Assembly: GCA_963733295.1 (NCBI GenBank)
Contig: CAVTCS010000003.1
Location: 1,504,001 to 1,568,000, forward strand
Origin: Vulcanimicrobiota bacterium
GTDB lineage: Bacteria; Vulcanimicrobiota; Vulcanimicrobiia; Vulcanimicrobiales; Vulcanimicrobiaceae
DNA: 64,000 nt
Direction: 5' to 3'
Below the pieces are notes generated by a model. That model saw nothing but the letters and a program-made list of their open reading frames with translations, made no database searches and was not told the DNA's origin. The position numbers were made by a program, and so were the translations under genes. Below, in pieces: positions 37,898-47,126 of the stretch (positions are counted from its first letter, which is position 1; every line of letters starts with the position of its first letter).

Positions 37898-39886
37898 ATG
37901 CGCTTCGCGCTCATCGATAACGTCCTGATCGAGCGAAACGGTGACGACGTCAGCGTCGAGCTGCAACCGCATCTGGGACTGATCGGGTTGATCGCGGCGC
38001 TGCGAGCCGGCGGCCACGAGGGCGTACTGTACGACCCGAAGATCGCCATCGGCAGCCGGGAGATCGCACTGGAACGCGGCTTCTACGCCGCCGTCGCCGA
38101 TCGGATTCTCGCTCTCCAGCCCGATGCGGTTGGATTCACGACGCTCGGCTGTAACTTCGCCTGCACCATTCGCATCGCTCACGAGCTGCGCGCGCGCCGG
38201 CCCGATCTGGCTCTGGTACTCGGCGGACCGCACGCAACGATTCTCGACCGCGAGATTCTCGCGCGTTATCCGGTCTTCGCGGCGGTCGTGCGCGGTGAGG
38301 CCGACGAGACGATCGTCCCGTTCGCGAACGCGCTCGCCGGGGCGACCGCGCTCAGCGAGGTTCCAGGCATCACGTACCGCAACCGCGACGAGATCGAGCG
38401 CTCGATGGATCCACCGCAGTTGCGCGACCTCGACGCGCTGCCGTTCCCCGCCTACGACGCGTACCCGATTCGCGAACTCGGCCTCGCGATGCTACGGGTC
38501 GACGCGGGTCGCGGTTGCCCGTTCCATTGCACCTTCTGTTCGACGGCGACGTTTTTCGGACGCCGTTACCGTCTCAAGTCAAGCGGACGGCTCGTTGACG
38601 AGCTTGACCGCTTGCACGACACGTACGGGGTGCGCGCATTCACGCTCAATCACGATCTCTTCACGGTCAACGCCCGTAAGATTCGTGAATTTTGTAATGC
38701 AGTCCGCGGCCGCGGGTATACTTGGAGTTGCTCGGCGCGCATGGATTGCGTCGACGATGCGCTACTCGCCGACATGGCGAGCGCCGGATGCAACGCAATC
38801 TACTACGGCGTCGAGACCGGCTCGCGGCGACTGCAGAAAGTCGTCGAGAAGAACCTCAACCTCGATCTATATCATCCGCGAGTCATCACGTCGCTCGGCC
38901 TCGGAATTCAAACGACCGCGTCCTTCATTACGGGATACCCGGACGAGACCCGCGCCGATCAGGATGAAACGCTGGCGATGATCGACGACAGCATCGCTCG
39001 ATACGGGCGAGAGCTCGACGTGCAGCTTCACATGCTCACTCCGGAACCGGGCACTGCGCTGCACGTCCGCTTTGCCGAAACCCTGGCCTACGACGGTCAC
39101 GTGACGGACTTCATTTTCCCCGCGATCGAGCAAGAGGACCGCGCGCTTGCCGCAAGCGATCCCAAAAACTTCGTGTGCCACTACTACTACGATAGCGGCA
39201 TCGCGCGCAGCGAAAACATCGTCGTCGTGGAGGGCTATCGCGGTCTCTATTCGCTCGATCGCTGTTTGCTTCGCGCGCTCGCAAAGGCGCACGGTTCGCT
39301 CGCCCATCTCGTGCGAGCCTACGGCGCTTTCAGCGTGCAAAGCGGTTTGCCGCTAGCGGTATCGCTCACCACCTACGTCGACGCTCATTTCGGCTCGGAC
39401 CATCCCTTGGCGGAGGCGGTTCGCTACGTCACGACCATCGCGCAGTTGCGCCCGGAGCGGCGCGAATCCGTACTTACTCCGGCTGCGAATCAGCCGATCG
39501 GGTCAGCCTCCTGCGTTCGAGCGCTCGGCAAAACGCGCGACGGCGCAGTCTTGCTCGAGCGGTTGCAGCGCGACGACGTTGCGTTCGATCTCCCTCGCGA
39601 ACATCGGCTCCTCATCGGGACTCGCGATGCCGCATCCTACGGATGCTTCGTCGTCGATGCCGAAACGACGGCGCTCGCGCGCAGTCTGGAGCGGCCGATG
39701 ACGGTCGATCAGCTCTGCGCCGGACCGGATCCGGAAGGTTCGCGAGCGCGACTGAAAACGCTCTGCCTCCTCGGCGCCGTCGCGTTCGCCGGAAATGTGC
39801 CGGAGTTACGGCCCTTGAGGCGGAGCGAAGCAGAAGCTGATCGGAACCATGAGACGCTCGACATCGGCCGGAGTGTTGGCGTGTAG
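37898..39886 (+). CDS. Cobalamin-binding (class B-like) radical SAM enzyme
   Basis: B12-binding domain (PHLGL, VGFTT, LGGPHAT, RGEAD), GRGCPFHCTFC at 38516-38539, YYGVETGS, FITGYP. Confidence 0.92.
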   Translation: MRFALIDNVLIERNGDDVSVELQPHLGLIGLIAALRAGGHEGVLYDPKIAIGSREIALERGFYAAVADRILALQPDAVGFTTLGCNFACTIRIAHELRARRPDLALVLGGPHATILDREILARYPVFAAVVRGEADETIVPFANALAGATALSEVPGITYRNRDEIERSMDPPQLRDLDALPFPAYDAYPIRELGLAMLRVDAGRGCPFHCTFCSTATFFGRRYRLKSSGRLVDELDRLHDTYGVRAFTLNHDLFTVNARKIREFCNAVRGRGYTWSCSARMDCVDDALLADMASAGCNAIYYGVETGSRRLQKVVEKNLNLDLYHPRVITSLGLGIQTTASFITGYPDETRADQDETLAMIDDSIARYGRELDVQLHMLTPEPGTALHVRFAETLAYDGHVTDFIFPAIEQEDRALAASDPKNFVCHYYYDSGIARSENIVVVEGYRGLYSLDRCLLRALAKAHGSLAHLVRAYGAFSVQSGLPLAVSLTTYVDAHFGSDHPLAEAVRYVTTIAQLRPERRESVLTPAANQPIGSASCVRALGKTRDGAVLLERLQRDDVAFDLPREHRLLIGTRDAASYGCFVVDAETTALARSLERPMTVDQLCAGPDPEGSRARLKTLCLLGAVAFAGNVPELRPLRRSEAEADRNHETLDIGRSVGV

Positions 39887-40066
39887 CTCGCTTTGGATCG
39901 CTTTCGCGATGCGGGCAGGATCGTTGCTCAGCACGACGTTCTGTTGAGCGGCCGAGAGTCCGAAGGCGGTCATCGCAGCGCGGGCGGCGGAGGGGGAAGC
40001 CCGAAACGCTTCGCTCTGGCGCGGGTTTTGTGCCAATCCCAACAAAAACTGAGCAATGGATACCAC
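39806..40066 (-). CDS. 86-aa peptide with LigA/borosin-binding-domain-like leader, putative RiPP precursor
   Basis: AGGAGG SD, GTG 40066; QFLLGLAQNP..FRASP..MTAFGLSAAQQNVVLSND helical leader, hydrophobic tail LMVPISFCFAPPQGP. Confidence 0.72.
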   Translation of the reverse strand: MVSIAQFLLGLAQNPRQSEAFRASPSAARAAMTAFGLSAAQQNVVLSNDPARIAKAIQSELHANTPADVERLMVPISFCFAPPQGP

Positions 40067-40080
40067 GGTGGCTTTTCCTC

Positions 40081-42849
40081 CTACGGCATTGGCAAACGGC
40101 TTGTCGCTACGACGGCGTTCTCCTCTTGGTCCCCTCGTGCGATCGCCTCGGGCGCTAGCGCCCCGCCCTCCTTCATGGCCTCTTCGAATGCCGCGGCCGT
40201 AGTGCGTGAGCGAAGGCGCTCCAACGTCTCGTCGTAGAGCAGCTGCATCCGCGGCATCAAACAAAAGGCGACGCCGTCGGTATGGGCGCGTGCAAAGCCG
40301 AGAGCCCGCGCGCCTTCCGACAAGCGGCCGCCGGCTTCGAGCGTTGCGGCGAGTACGACCGACGCTTGAGTGAAGGCCATCGGTATGCTCGCATCGCGCA
40401 GAAGTCTCAGGGACTCGACGGCATTGGCGCGCGCTTCATCGACCGCTCCTTCACGGAAGAGTGCGTGTGCTAGCTCGAAACGGAGAAGTCCCATGCCGCG
40501 CGGATCGTCGAGTTCTTCGCAATAGCGCAAGCCGCGCGCCGTCAGGGTTGAAGCTTCCTTGTAACGTCCGCGCGCGAGCGCGACGTGCGCCAAGCCCTGT
40601 AAGGCAAGGGCGGCATCCCGCTTGCGCCCGCCGGCTTCGAGCTCGGCCAGCGCATCGCTCAAATCGCCTGCGGCTGCGGCATCGTCCTGTCGCGCGTATA
40701 ACGCGGCGACTCCGCGGAGCACGCGACTACGAGCGCCGGCCCCCGGCGCGTTCTGGGCGCTGAGCAAGGTTACGCTTTCGTTCAAGGCGCGCTCGGCATC
40801 GGCGAAGCGTCCGACGTTGATCAGACTCTGCCCCAAATACTCGAGCGCGTGGCCCAAGCCCGCCGAGTCGGCGGCACCGCGGAATGCGGTGACCGCCCGC
40901 TGCGCGAACGGCACGGTCTGCAGCGTGGTGACGTCGACGCGCGCCGACTCGAGGAAGACGCGCCCCTCCAAAGGTTTCGGATACGCGCCGGCCGCTTCGC
41001 GCGCCAGCTGCAGCCAATGCGATCCCTCTTGTGGGCGACGGCCTTGCCAGAAAAAACCGAGCGCTGCCGCGATTTCTGCTCCCGCCGCAACGTCGCGGCC
41101 GGCCTCGAGCGTCTCGGTCAGCGCAGCTCGCAGGTTGTCGAGTTCGAGTTCGATGGAATCGAGCCACGGCCGCTCCTGTGAGAACGGGAGCACACGCAAC
41201 GCTTCACGCGCCAGGGCAAGCATCGCCTCGCAGAAGCGCTCCAGCGTGCCATCGCGCTCACCTTCGAGCCGCAACTGTTCCTGAGCGAAAGCGCGGGTCG
41301 ATTCGAACAGCCGGAAGCGGGTGCTCGTGGCGACCGCGTCGCTCACTACCATCGACTTATCGACCAGCGACGACAGAAGGTCGAGCGTTCTCTCGCCGGA
41401 GTCTCCCGATACGCGGGCGGCCGAGTCGAGCGAGAAGCTTCCCGGAAAGACCGCAAGGCTGCGGAACAGCGTCCGTTCATCGTCGCCGAGCAGTCGATAG
41501 CTCCACTCGATCAGGGCGCTCAGGGTCTGCCTTCGCGGCAAGCTGCCGCGTTGCTCGTTGCGGAGCAGCCGGAAGCGCTCCCCGAGACGCGCCAGCAACT
41601 CGGCCGGCGACAAGACCAGGAGCCTCGGCGCAGCGAGCTCAAGAGCGAACGGTAAGCCGTCGAGCCGCCGGCAGATTTCGACGACGTCCACGGCGTTCTC
41701 GTTCGTGAGGCGAAAACTGCTGGATGCCGCAGCCCGCTGGACCAGCAGCGCTACAGCGCTGTACGCCAACACCGAATCCGCATTCGGCGTCCCCGTCATC
41801 GGCGGCGGTACTTCGAGCGGCTCTACGGCAAAGATGTGCTCGCCGGCAATGCGCAACGATTCGCGACTCGTTGCGATGACGCGGAGTTGCGGACAGTGCG
41901 CCACCAGGTGCGCGATACAGCGCGCCGCTTCGTCGATGACGTGCTCGCAATTGTCGACCACCAACAACGTCGTTCTCGCTCGCAGCGACGAGACCAGGCG
42001 CTCGAGCACCGCGGACGCGGAGGTCGCGCGGATGTTCAAGACGGCGGCGAACTCATCCGCGACGAGCGTTCCGGACGTCAGCGGCGCTAGATCGACGAAC
42101 CAAATGCCGTCCGGAAAACGTTCGGCAATCGACGTTGCGAGCTCGATCGCCAGACGCGTCTTGCCGGCGCCTCCGGTGCCCACGATCGTGACCACACGTT
42201 GCTCGGCGAGCACCCCGCGCAGCTCCGCCAGTTCCGGTTCGCGACCCACGAACGTCGTGAGCATGATCGGAAGATTCGAGCGGACGAAGCCGCCGGTACG
42301 CAACGGCGGGTGTTCCGCCGGCAACCCCTCGGCGCATACTTGAAAGATTCGCTCGGGCGCAGCGAGGCCTTTGAGTGCAAACTCTCCCAAGTCGACCAGC
42401 GCGACGCCGGCGGGCAGGTCGCCGCGCACCAGTTCCGCGGTGATCCCGGAAAGCACGATCTGCGAACCGTGCGCGGCGTCGCTGATTCGCGCGACCCGGT
42501 TGACCGTCGGACCGAAGTAGTCCTCGTCGCGCTCTTCGGCCGCCCCGCTGTGCAACCCCATCCGCACGCGCAACCCGTCGACCGTCGCGAAATCCTCAGC
42601 GCCTAGCGTGCGCTGCGCATCGACGGCGGCTGCAAGCGCCGAACGCGCATCGCTAAAGGCGACGCAGAACGCATCGCCGACGGTTTTGAAGACGTAGCCG
42701 CGATGGCGCTCCATAACCTCGCGCAGGAGCTCGTCGTGACGGCGCGTGGCTAGGCGCATCGCCGGCTGCGCGTCCTCCCAGCGCTGCGTGCTGCCCTCGA
42801 TATCGGTAAATAGGAACGTGACGGTGCCGCTGGGTCTGGCCAGACTCAC
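40081..42849 (-). CDS. Class III adenylate/guanylate cyclase-STAND ATPase-wHTH-TPR regulator
   Basis: FLFTDIEGST, GDAF, RMGLHSG, YFGPTVNRVAR; GTGGAGKT, LVVDNCEH, LDGLPFALELAA; TPR-like tail. Confidence 0.93.
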   Translation of the reverse strand: MSLARPSGTVTFLFTDIEGSTQRWEDAQPAMRLATRRHDELLREVMERHRGYVFKTVGDAFCVAFSDARSALAAAVDAQRTLGAEDFATVDGLRVRMGLHSGAAEERDEDYFGPTVNRVARISDAAHGSQIVLSGITAELVRGDLPAGVALVDLGEFALKGLAAPERIFQVCAEGLPAEHPPLRTGGFVRSNLPIMLTTFVGREPELAELRGVLAEQRVVTIVGTGGAGKTRLAIELATSIAERFPDGIWFVDLAPLTSGTLVADEFAAVLNIRATSASAVLERLVSSLRARTTLLVVDNCEHVIDEAARCIAHLVAHCPQLRVIATSRESLRIAGEHIFAVEPLEVPPPMTGTPNADSVLAYSAVALLVQRAAASSSFRLTNENAVDVVEICRRLDGLPFALELAAPRLLVLSPAELLARLGERFRLLRNEQRGSLPRRQTLSALIEWSYRLLGDDERTLFRSLAVFPGSFSLDSAARVSGDSGERTLDLLSSLVDKSMVVSDAVATSTRFRLFESTRAFAQEQLRLEGERDGTLERFCEAMLALAREALRVLPFSQERPWLDSIELELDNLRAALTETLEAGRDVAAGAEIAAALGFFWQGRRPQEGSHWLQLAREAAGAYPKPLEGRVFLESARVDVTTLQTVPFAQRAVTAFRGAADSAGLGHALEYLGQSLINVGRFADAERALNESVTLLSAQNAPGAGARSRVLRGVAALYARQDDAAAAGDLSDALAELEAGGRKRDAALALQGLAHVALARGRYKEASTLTARGLRYCEELDDPRGMGLLRFELAHALFREGAVDEARANAVESLRLLRDASIPMAFTQASVVLAATLEAGGRLSEGARALGFARAHTDGVAFCLMPRMQLLYDETLERLRSRTTAAAFEEAMKEGGALAPEAIARGDQEENAVVATSRLPMP

Positions 42850-42919
42850 CTCGCCTGAGTCATCGAGATAGCCGTCGTCGGACGGAATCGGGCTTCCGGC
42901 GGCCTTCCCATCGATACAT

Positions 42920-42949
42920 ATTCTACGGCCAGGCTTTCCCGGCGCGCAA
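42920..42949 (-). promoter_or_regulatory. Possible sigma70 promoter of the cyclase-peptide operon
   Basis: TTGCGC-18 nt-TAGAAT on the minus strand. Confidence 0.4.
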
Positions 42950-43015
42950 CCCCGTGCGCGTTCCTGAGCGACGTTGCTCCACGGAAAACCTCAGCGCGCA
43001 TCGAACGGGGCAGCG

Positions 43016-43906
43016 ATGCATGGAACAACGCTTCGCCGGCTCGGCTCGGCAACCGCCGCTCTGACGTTCGGCATCGCACTGACACGAACGGGCGCCCTCG
43101 CGGATCCTAGCCCGCTTCCTTTTACACCCCCGGCGGGCTGGCAACCGCTACCGTCCGCAATGATACCCGACGTGCTCCTCAGTTGGGTCAACGGCTCGTC
43201 CTCGTTCGGGGTCATTCGCATCAGCTTTCCAATCGCAGATTCGCAATTGACGCAAGCACTGAAAGCCGGGTCTAACGCGCTCGGCACGGAGATCGACTCG
43301 AGTTCCGACCCCGTTTGTCAGGCACCGGCGGCCAGAGCCGACATCAAAGTTGAAGACTCGAGCGAAATTCTGACCGAGCAAATGCAGTCGCTCGACGGTG
43401 CGACGTACGTCTCCGCGTACCGTCATCCCGCCTCGGTCAAAGCCGACCACGCGATCGACGAGTTCATGGCAAACTTCTGCGGTTCCAAATCGCTCGAACG
43501 CAAGCCGCTGCCCGCCGGTTGGCATTCTCTCAATGCGAAGCTTCTCGGCGTCTGGTTCTCACCGAAAGGACCCAGTGAGAGCATCGCAGCGCTTTCGCGA
43601 GATCCTCAGGCGGATCTGAAATCGTGGGCGACGTTCGCGGTAAACACGACGGTCAATCCCGCGGGCATCACGATCCACTCCAGCAAGACCGGAACGCTGT
43701 GCAGCAACCCGGCATATTTCTTCGACGCGACGGCCAAACCGCATGGAGTACCTGCGGCCGACATTCAGATGGTTGCAACGCAATCCTCGAGTTCCTCATT
43801 CATGCTCCTGTACTCGCATCCGGCGACGGGCGCGGCGGACCCGGCCGCAGTCGCGTCGCTGTCGACGCTGTGCGCGACGCCGCATGCCGCAGCGGTCAGC
43901 CCCTGA
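43016..43906 (+). CDS. Secreted protein with two tandem domains
   Basis: Signal peptide; PPAGWQ..VC..Y.HP..FC repeated as LPAGWH..LC..YSHP..LC. Confidence 0.75.
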   Translation: MHGTTLRRLGSATAALTFGIALTRTGALADPSPLPFTPPAGWQPLPSAMIPDVLLSWVNGSSSFGVIRISFPIADSQLTQALKAGSNALGTEIDSSSDPVCQAPAARADIKVEDSSEILTEQMQSLDGATYVSAYRHPASVKADHAIDEFMANFCGSKSLERKPLPAGWHSLNAKLLGVWFSPKGPSESIAALSRDPQADLKSWATFAVNTTVNPAGITIHSSKTGTLCSNPAYFFDATAKPHGVPAADIQMVATQSSSSSFMLLYSHPATGAADPAAVASLSTLCATPHAAAVSP

Positions 43907-44013
43907 AGCGACTAGAGGCGCAATGCATGTAGAGGCGCGAAGCGAGGGTGCGCCTACGGCCGGACGCGAAAGCGCGCGGATGCGTTTGCGGCCTACCCTG
44001 CGCTAGCACGCCG

Positions 44014-44895
44014 GTGAGCGAACTCGCGCAGCAGATCGTCAGCGGGTTAGCGACCGGTTCCATTTTCGCGAGCCTCGCTCTCGCGCTCGTTTTGATTTAC
44101 CGTTCGATGGACGTCATCAACTTCGCACAGGGCGAGATGGCGATGTTCACGACCTTCGTTGCGTGGCAATTGGTCGACATGGGCGTCCCGATGTGGCTCG
44201 CCTTTGCGAGTACGCTCGTCGTGGCTTTCGTGGGCGCGGTCGTCATCGAGCGCCTCGTGATCCGTCCGGTCGAACGCGCCGGCCAGCTAACGATCGTGAT
44301 CGTTACGCTCGGCCTTTTCATCACGCTAAACGGTCTGGCCGGCTGGATCTGGGGCTACGTCATCAAGTCGTTCCCGAGTCCGTTTCCGACCACGCCCCTT
44401 CACGCCGGTGACGTGTCGTTCAACGCGCAAGACGTGGGGATCATCGCCGTGTCGCTGGCTACGATGGGCCTCGTTTCGCTCCTGTTTCGCAAGACGAAAC
44501 TCGGACTCGCGCTGCGCGCCGCCGCCCAGCATCCTGAGGCGAGCCGAGTACTCGGGATTCGCGTCAGCTGGATGCTGGCGCTGGGTTGGGGACTCTCCGC
44601 GGTCGTCGGCGCGATTGCCGGAATCATGATCGCGCCGCTCGTTTTCCTGGATCCAAACATGATGCAAGGCGTCGTCGTGTACGCCTTCGCGGCGGCGGTT
44701 CTGGGAGGTGTCGAAAGCCCGATCGGCGCCGTCGTCGGAGGGCTCTTGCTCGGCGTGGTCCTCAACCTGCTCGGCACCTACGTCGATTGGATCGGCTCAG
44801 ACTTGCGGCTCGCCGTCGCATTCCTGATCATCATCCTCGTGCTCTTGGTGCGGCCCGCCGGGCTGTTCGGCCGCGTTCGAGTGGCGCGCGTATGA
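44014..44895 (+). CDS. livH: Branched-chain amino acid ABC permease
   Basis: INFAQGEM, GLALRAAA, AAVLGG, RPAGLFG. Confidence 0.93.
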   Translation: MSELAQQIVSGLATGSIFASLALALVLIYRSMDVINFAQGEMAMFTTFVAWQLVDMGVPMWLAFASTLVVAFVGAVVIERLVIRPVERAGQLTIVIVTLGLFITLNGLAGWIWGYVIKSFPSPFPTTPLHAGDVSFNAQDVGIIAVSLATMGLVSLLFRKTKLGLALRAAAQHPEASRVLGIRVSWMLALGWGLSAVVGAIAGIMIAPLVFLDPNMMQGVVVYAFAAAVLGGVESPIGAVVGGLLLGVVLNLLGTYVDWIGSDLRLAVAFLIIILVLLVRPAGLFGRVRVARV

Positions 44896-45860
44896 AGACG
44901 GCGAAGATCGACCGCGCAACCGCCTGGGCGGTCGGCCCGATCGTCCTCGTCATCGCGATCGTGCCGTGGCTCGTGCCCTCATACAGCGCGTTCGAATTGA
45001 CCTATGCCGGCGCGTACGCGATCGCGATCTTGGGACTCGTCATCTTGATCGGCTTGTGCGGCCAAATATCGCTCGGGCATGGTGCGTTCCTCGCGCTGGG
45101 AGGTTACACGGTCGCAATCCTCAGCCATCGGTTTGAGACCCCGGATTGGCTATCGATTCCAATTGCCGCGCTGCTCTGCTCCGTCGTCGGCATCTCGCTC
45201 GGTCTGGTCGCGCTTCGTCTCGAAGGCGTCTACATGGCCTTAACGACCTTCGCCCTCGCGGTGGCGGTGCCGTCGATCCTCAAACGATTCAAAGACCTGA
45301 CCGGCGGCGTCGGCGGGATCACGCTCAAGCCGGTCTCCGTACCGACATCCTTGCATGCATTTCTAACGCCCGAACGCTGGACGTATCTTTGGACCTGGGC
45401 GTTACTCGGCGTGCTGTTCGCGGTCTCGTGGTTCGTCCTGAGGGGCCGGGTCGGACGTTCGCTGCGCGCACTTCGCGACAGCGAGACCGCTGCCGTCGCT
45501 TTCGGCGTGAATCCGCAAGTCTATAAGACGCTGGCCTTCGCGTGGAGCGCTGCCTTCGCAGGCATCGCGGGCGGCATTCTCGCCATCGCTACTGCCTACG
45601 TCAGCCCCGACTCTTACGGTTTCGCGCTTTCGTTGACGCTGATCATCGGCGCCGTTCTGGGCGGCCTCGACCTGCTCTGGGGCGCCCTCCTCGGCGGATT
45701 CCTCATCGAGTTCTTACCGCTTTGGGCTCAGAAAATCAACGCTGCGGCGCCGTCGCTCGTCTACGGCATCGCCCTCATCGTCGTTATGATCGTGCTACCC
45801 GGCGGAATCGCCGGCGCCATCGGACGCATCTTTCGCAAGACCGCTGTGCGAACACCCTAG
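44892..45860 (+). CDS. livM: Branched-chain amino acid ABC permease
   Basis: GQISLGHGAF, RLEGVYMAL, GRSLRALRDSE, LPGGI; ATGA overlap. Confidence 0.93.
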   Translation: MKTAKIDRATAWAVGPIVLVIAIVPWLVPSYSAFELTYAGAYAIAILGLVILIGLCGQISLGHGAFLALGGYTVAILSHRFETPDWLSIPIAALLCSVVGISLGLVALRLEGVYMALTTFALAVAVPSILKRFKDLTGGVGGITLKPVSVPTSLHAFLTPERWTYLWTWALLGVLFAVSWFVLRGRVGRSLRALRDSETAAVAFGVNPQVYKTLAFAWSAAFAGIAGGILAIATAYVSPDSYGFALSLTLIIGAVLGGLDLLWGALLGGFLIEFLPLWAQKINAAAPSLVYGIALIVVMIVLPGGIAGAIGRIFRKTAVRTP

Positions 45861-45884
45861 CCGCTTAAGCCAGGAGACGATTCC

Positions 45885-47117
45885 ATGCGCAATACCTACT
45901 TTCGCCGCATCGCCGCTTCAATCACGCTCGTCGCCCTCATCGTATGTGCCGGGACGTCGCGCGTCTGGAGCCAGACCGAACCAGGCATTACTCCAACCGA
46001 AATCTTGCTCGGCGGCACGCATCCGTTTAGCGGGCCGGCCTCAGCCTACGGTGCCATCGGAAAAGGCGCCGAAGCTTACTTCGCTTACGTCAACGACAAC
46101 GGCGGCGTCAACGGACGCAAGATCATTTACAAAGATGTCGACGACGCTTACAGTCCGCCGCAATCTCTGCAATTGGTTCGTCAATTAGTCGAACAAGATC
46201 GCGTCTTTGCGATGTTCAACACGCTCGGAACGCCGGTCAACACGGCACTGCGACCGTACTTAAACGATCAAAAGGTGCCGCAGCTCTTCGTGGCAACCGG
46301 CGCAAGCACGTGGGGCGCGGACTATACCAAGTACCCCTGGACGATCGGTTGGCAATCCGACTATCAATCCGAAGCGATCGTCTATGCGAAGAACATTCTC
46401 GCGCACGCTCCCAAAGCCAAGATCTCGATCCTGTATCAGAACGACGATTACGGCCAGGACTACATCGCCGGCCTGAACCGCGGACTCGGTTCGAAGACCA
46501 GCATGATCGTAAAGAGCGCTAGCTACGAAGTCACCGATCCGGACGTCACCTCGCAAATCGCGACCCTCAAGAACAGCGGGGCGGACACGCTCTTCATCTT
46601 CGCAACGCCGAAATTCGCGACGCAAGCCTTGATCGCCGTGGCGCAACAATCGTGGCACCCGACGATCTATTTGAACAACGTATCTGCTTCTCAGACCGTC
46701 ATGCGTCCCGCAACCGAGAAGGGTGGGCCCGACGCGACCAACGGAGTGATCACGGCGCTCTACCTCAAAGATCCCACCGATCCGAAATATGCGTCTGACC
46801 CCGGTATCATGTTGTTCAAGCAAATCATGGCAAAGTATCAGCCTTCGGCAGATACGGCGAACGGCTTCTATGTGTACGGTATGGGCGTCGCGTATACGAT
46901 GGTCGACGCGCTCCAGAAGGCCGGAAAGAATCTGACCCGGGACAAGATCATGGACGCCGCCACGCATCTCAACGAGCGGAACAATCCGTTCGTTTTGCCG
47001 GGAATCAACGTCGAAACCACTCCCACCCAGCGTTTTCCGATCACCCAGCTGCAACTCTTCCGCTATCAGGGCGGAAAGCTCGAATCCTTCGGTCCCATCA
47101 TCGAAGCGAGACGCTGA
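45885..47117 (+). CDS. Branched-chain amino acid-type ABC substrate-binding protein
   Basis: Signal peptide, GGVNGRKI..DDAYSP, YQNDDYG; AGGAG SD. Confidence 0.93.
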   Translation: MRNTYFRRIAASITLVALIVCAGTSRVWSQTEPGITPTEILLGGTHPFSGPASAYGAIGKGAEAYFAYVNDNGGVNGRKIIYKDVDDAYSPPQSLQLVRQLVEQDRVFAMFNTLGTPVNTALRPYLNDQKVPQLFVATGASTWGADYTKYPWTIGWQSDYQSEAIVYAKNILAHAPKAKISILYQNDDYGQDYIAGLNRGLGSKTSMIVKSASYEVTDPDVTSQIATLKNSGADTLFIFATPKFATQALIAVAQQSWHPTIYLNNVSASQTVMRPATEKGGPDATNGVITALYLKDPTDPKYASDPGIMLFKQIMAKYQPSADTANGFYVYGMGVAYTMVDALQKAGKNLTRDKIMDAATHLNERNNPFVLPGINVETTPTQRFPITQLQLFRYQGGKLESFGPIIEARR

Positions 47118-47126
47118 GCTCGCATC

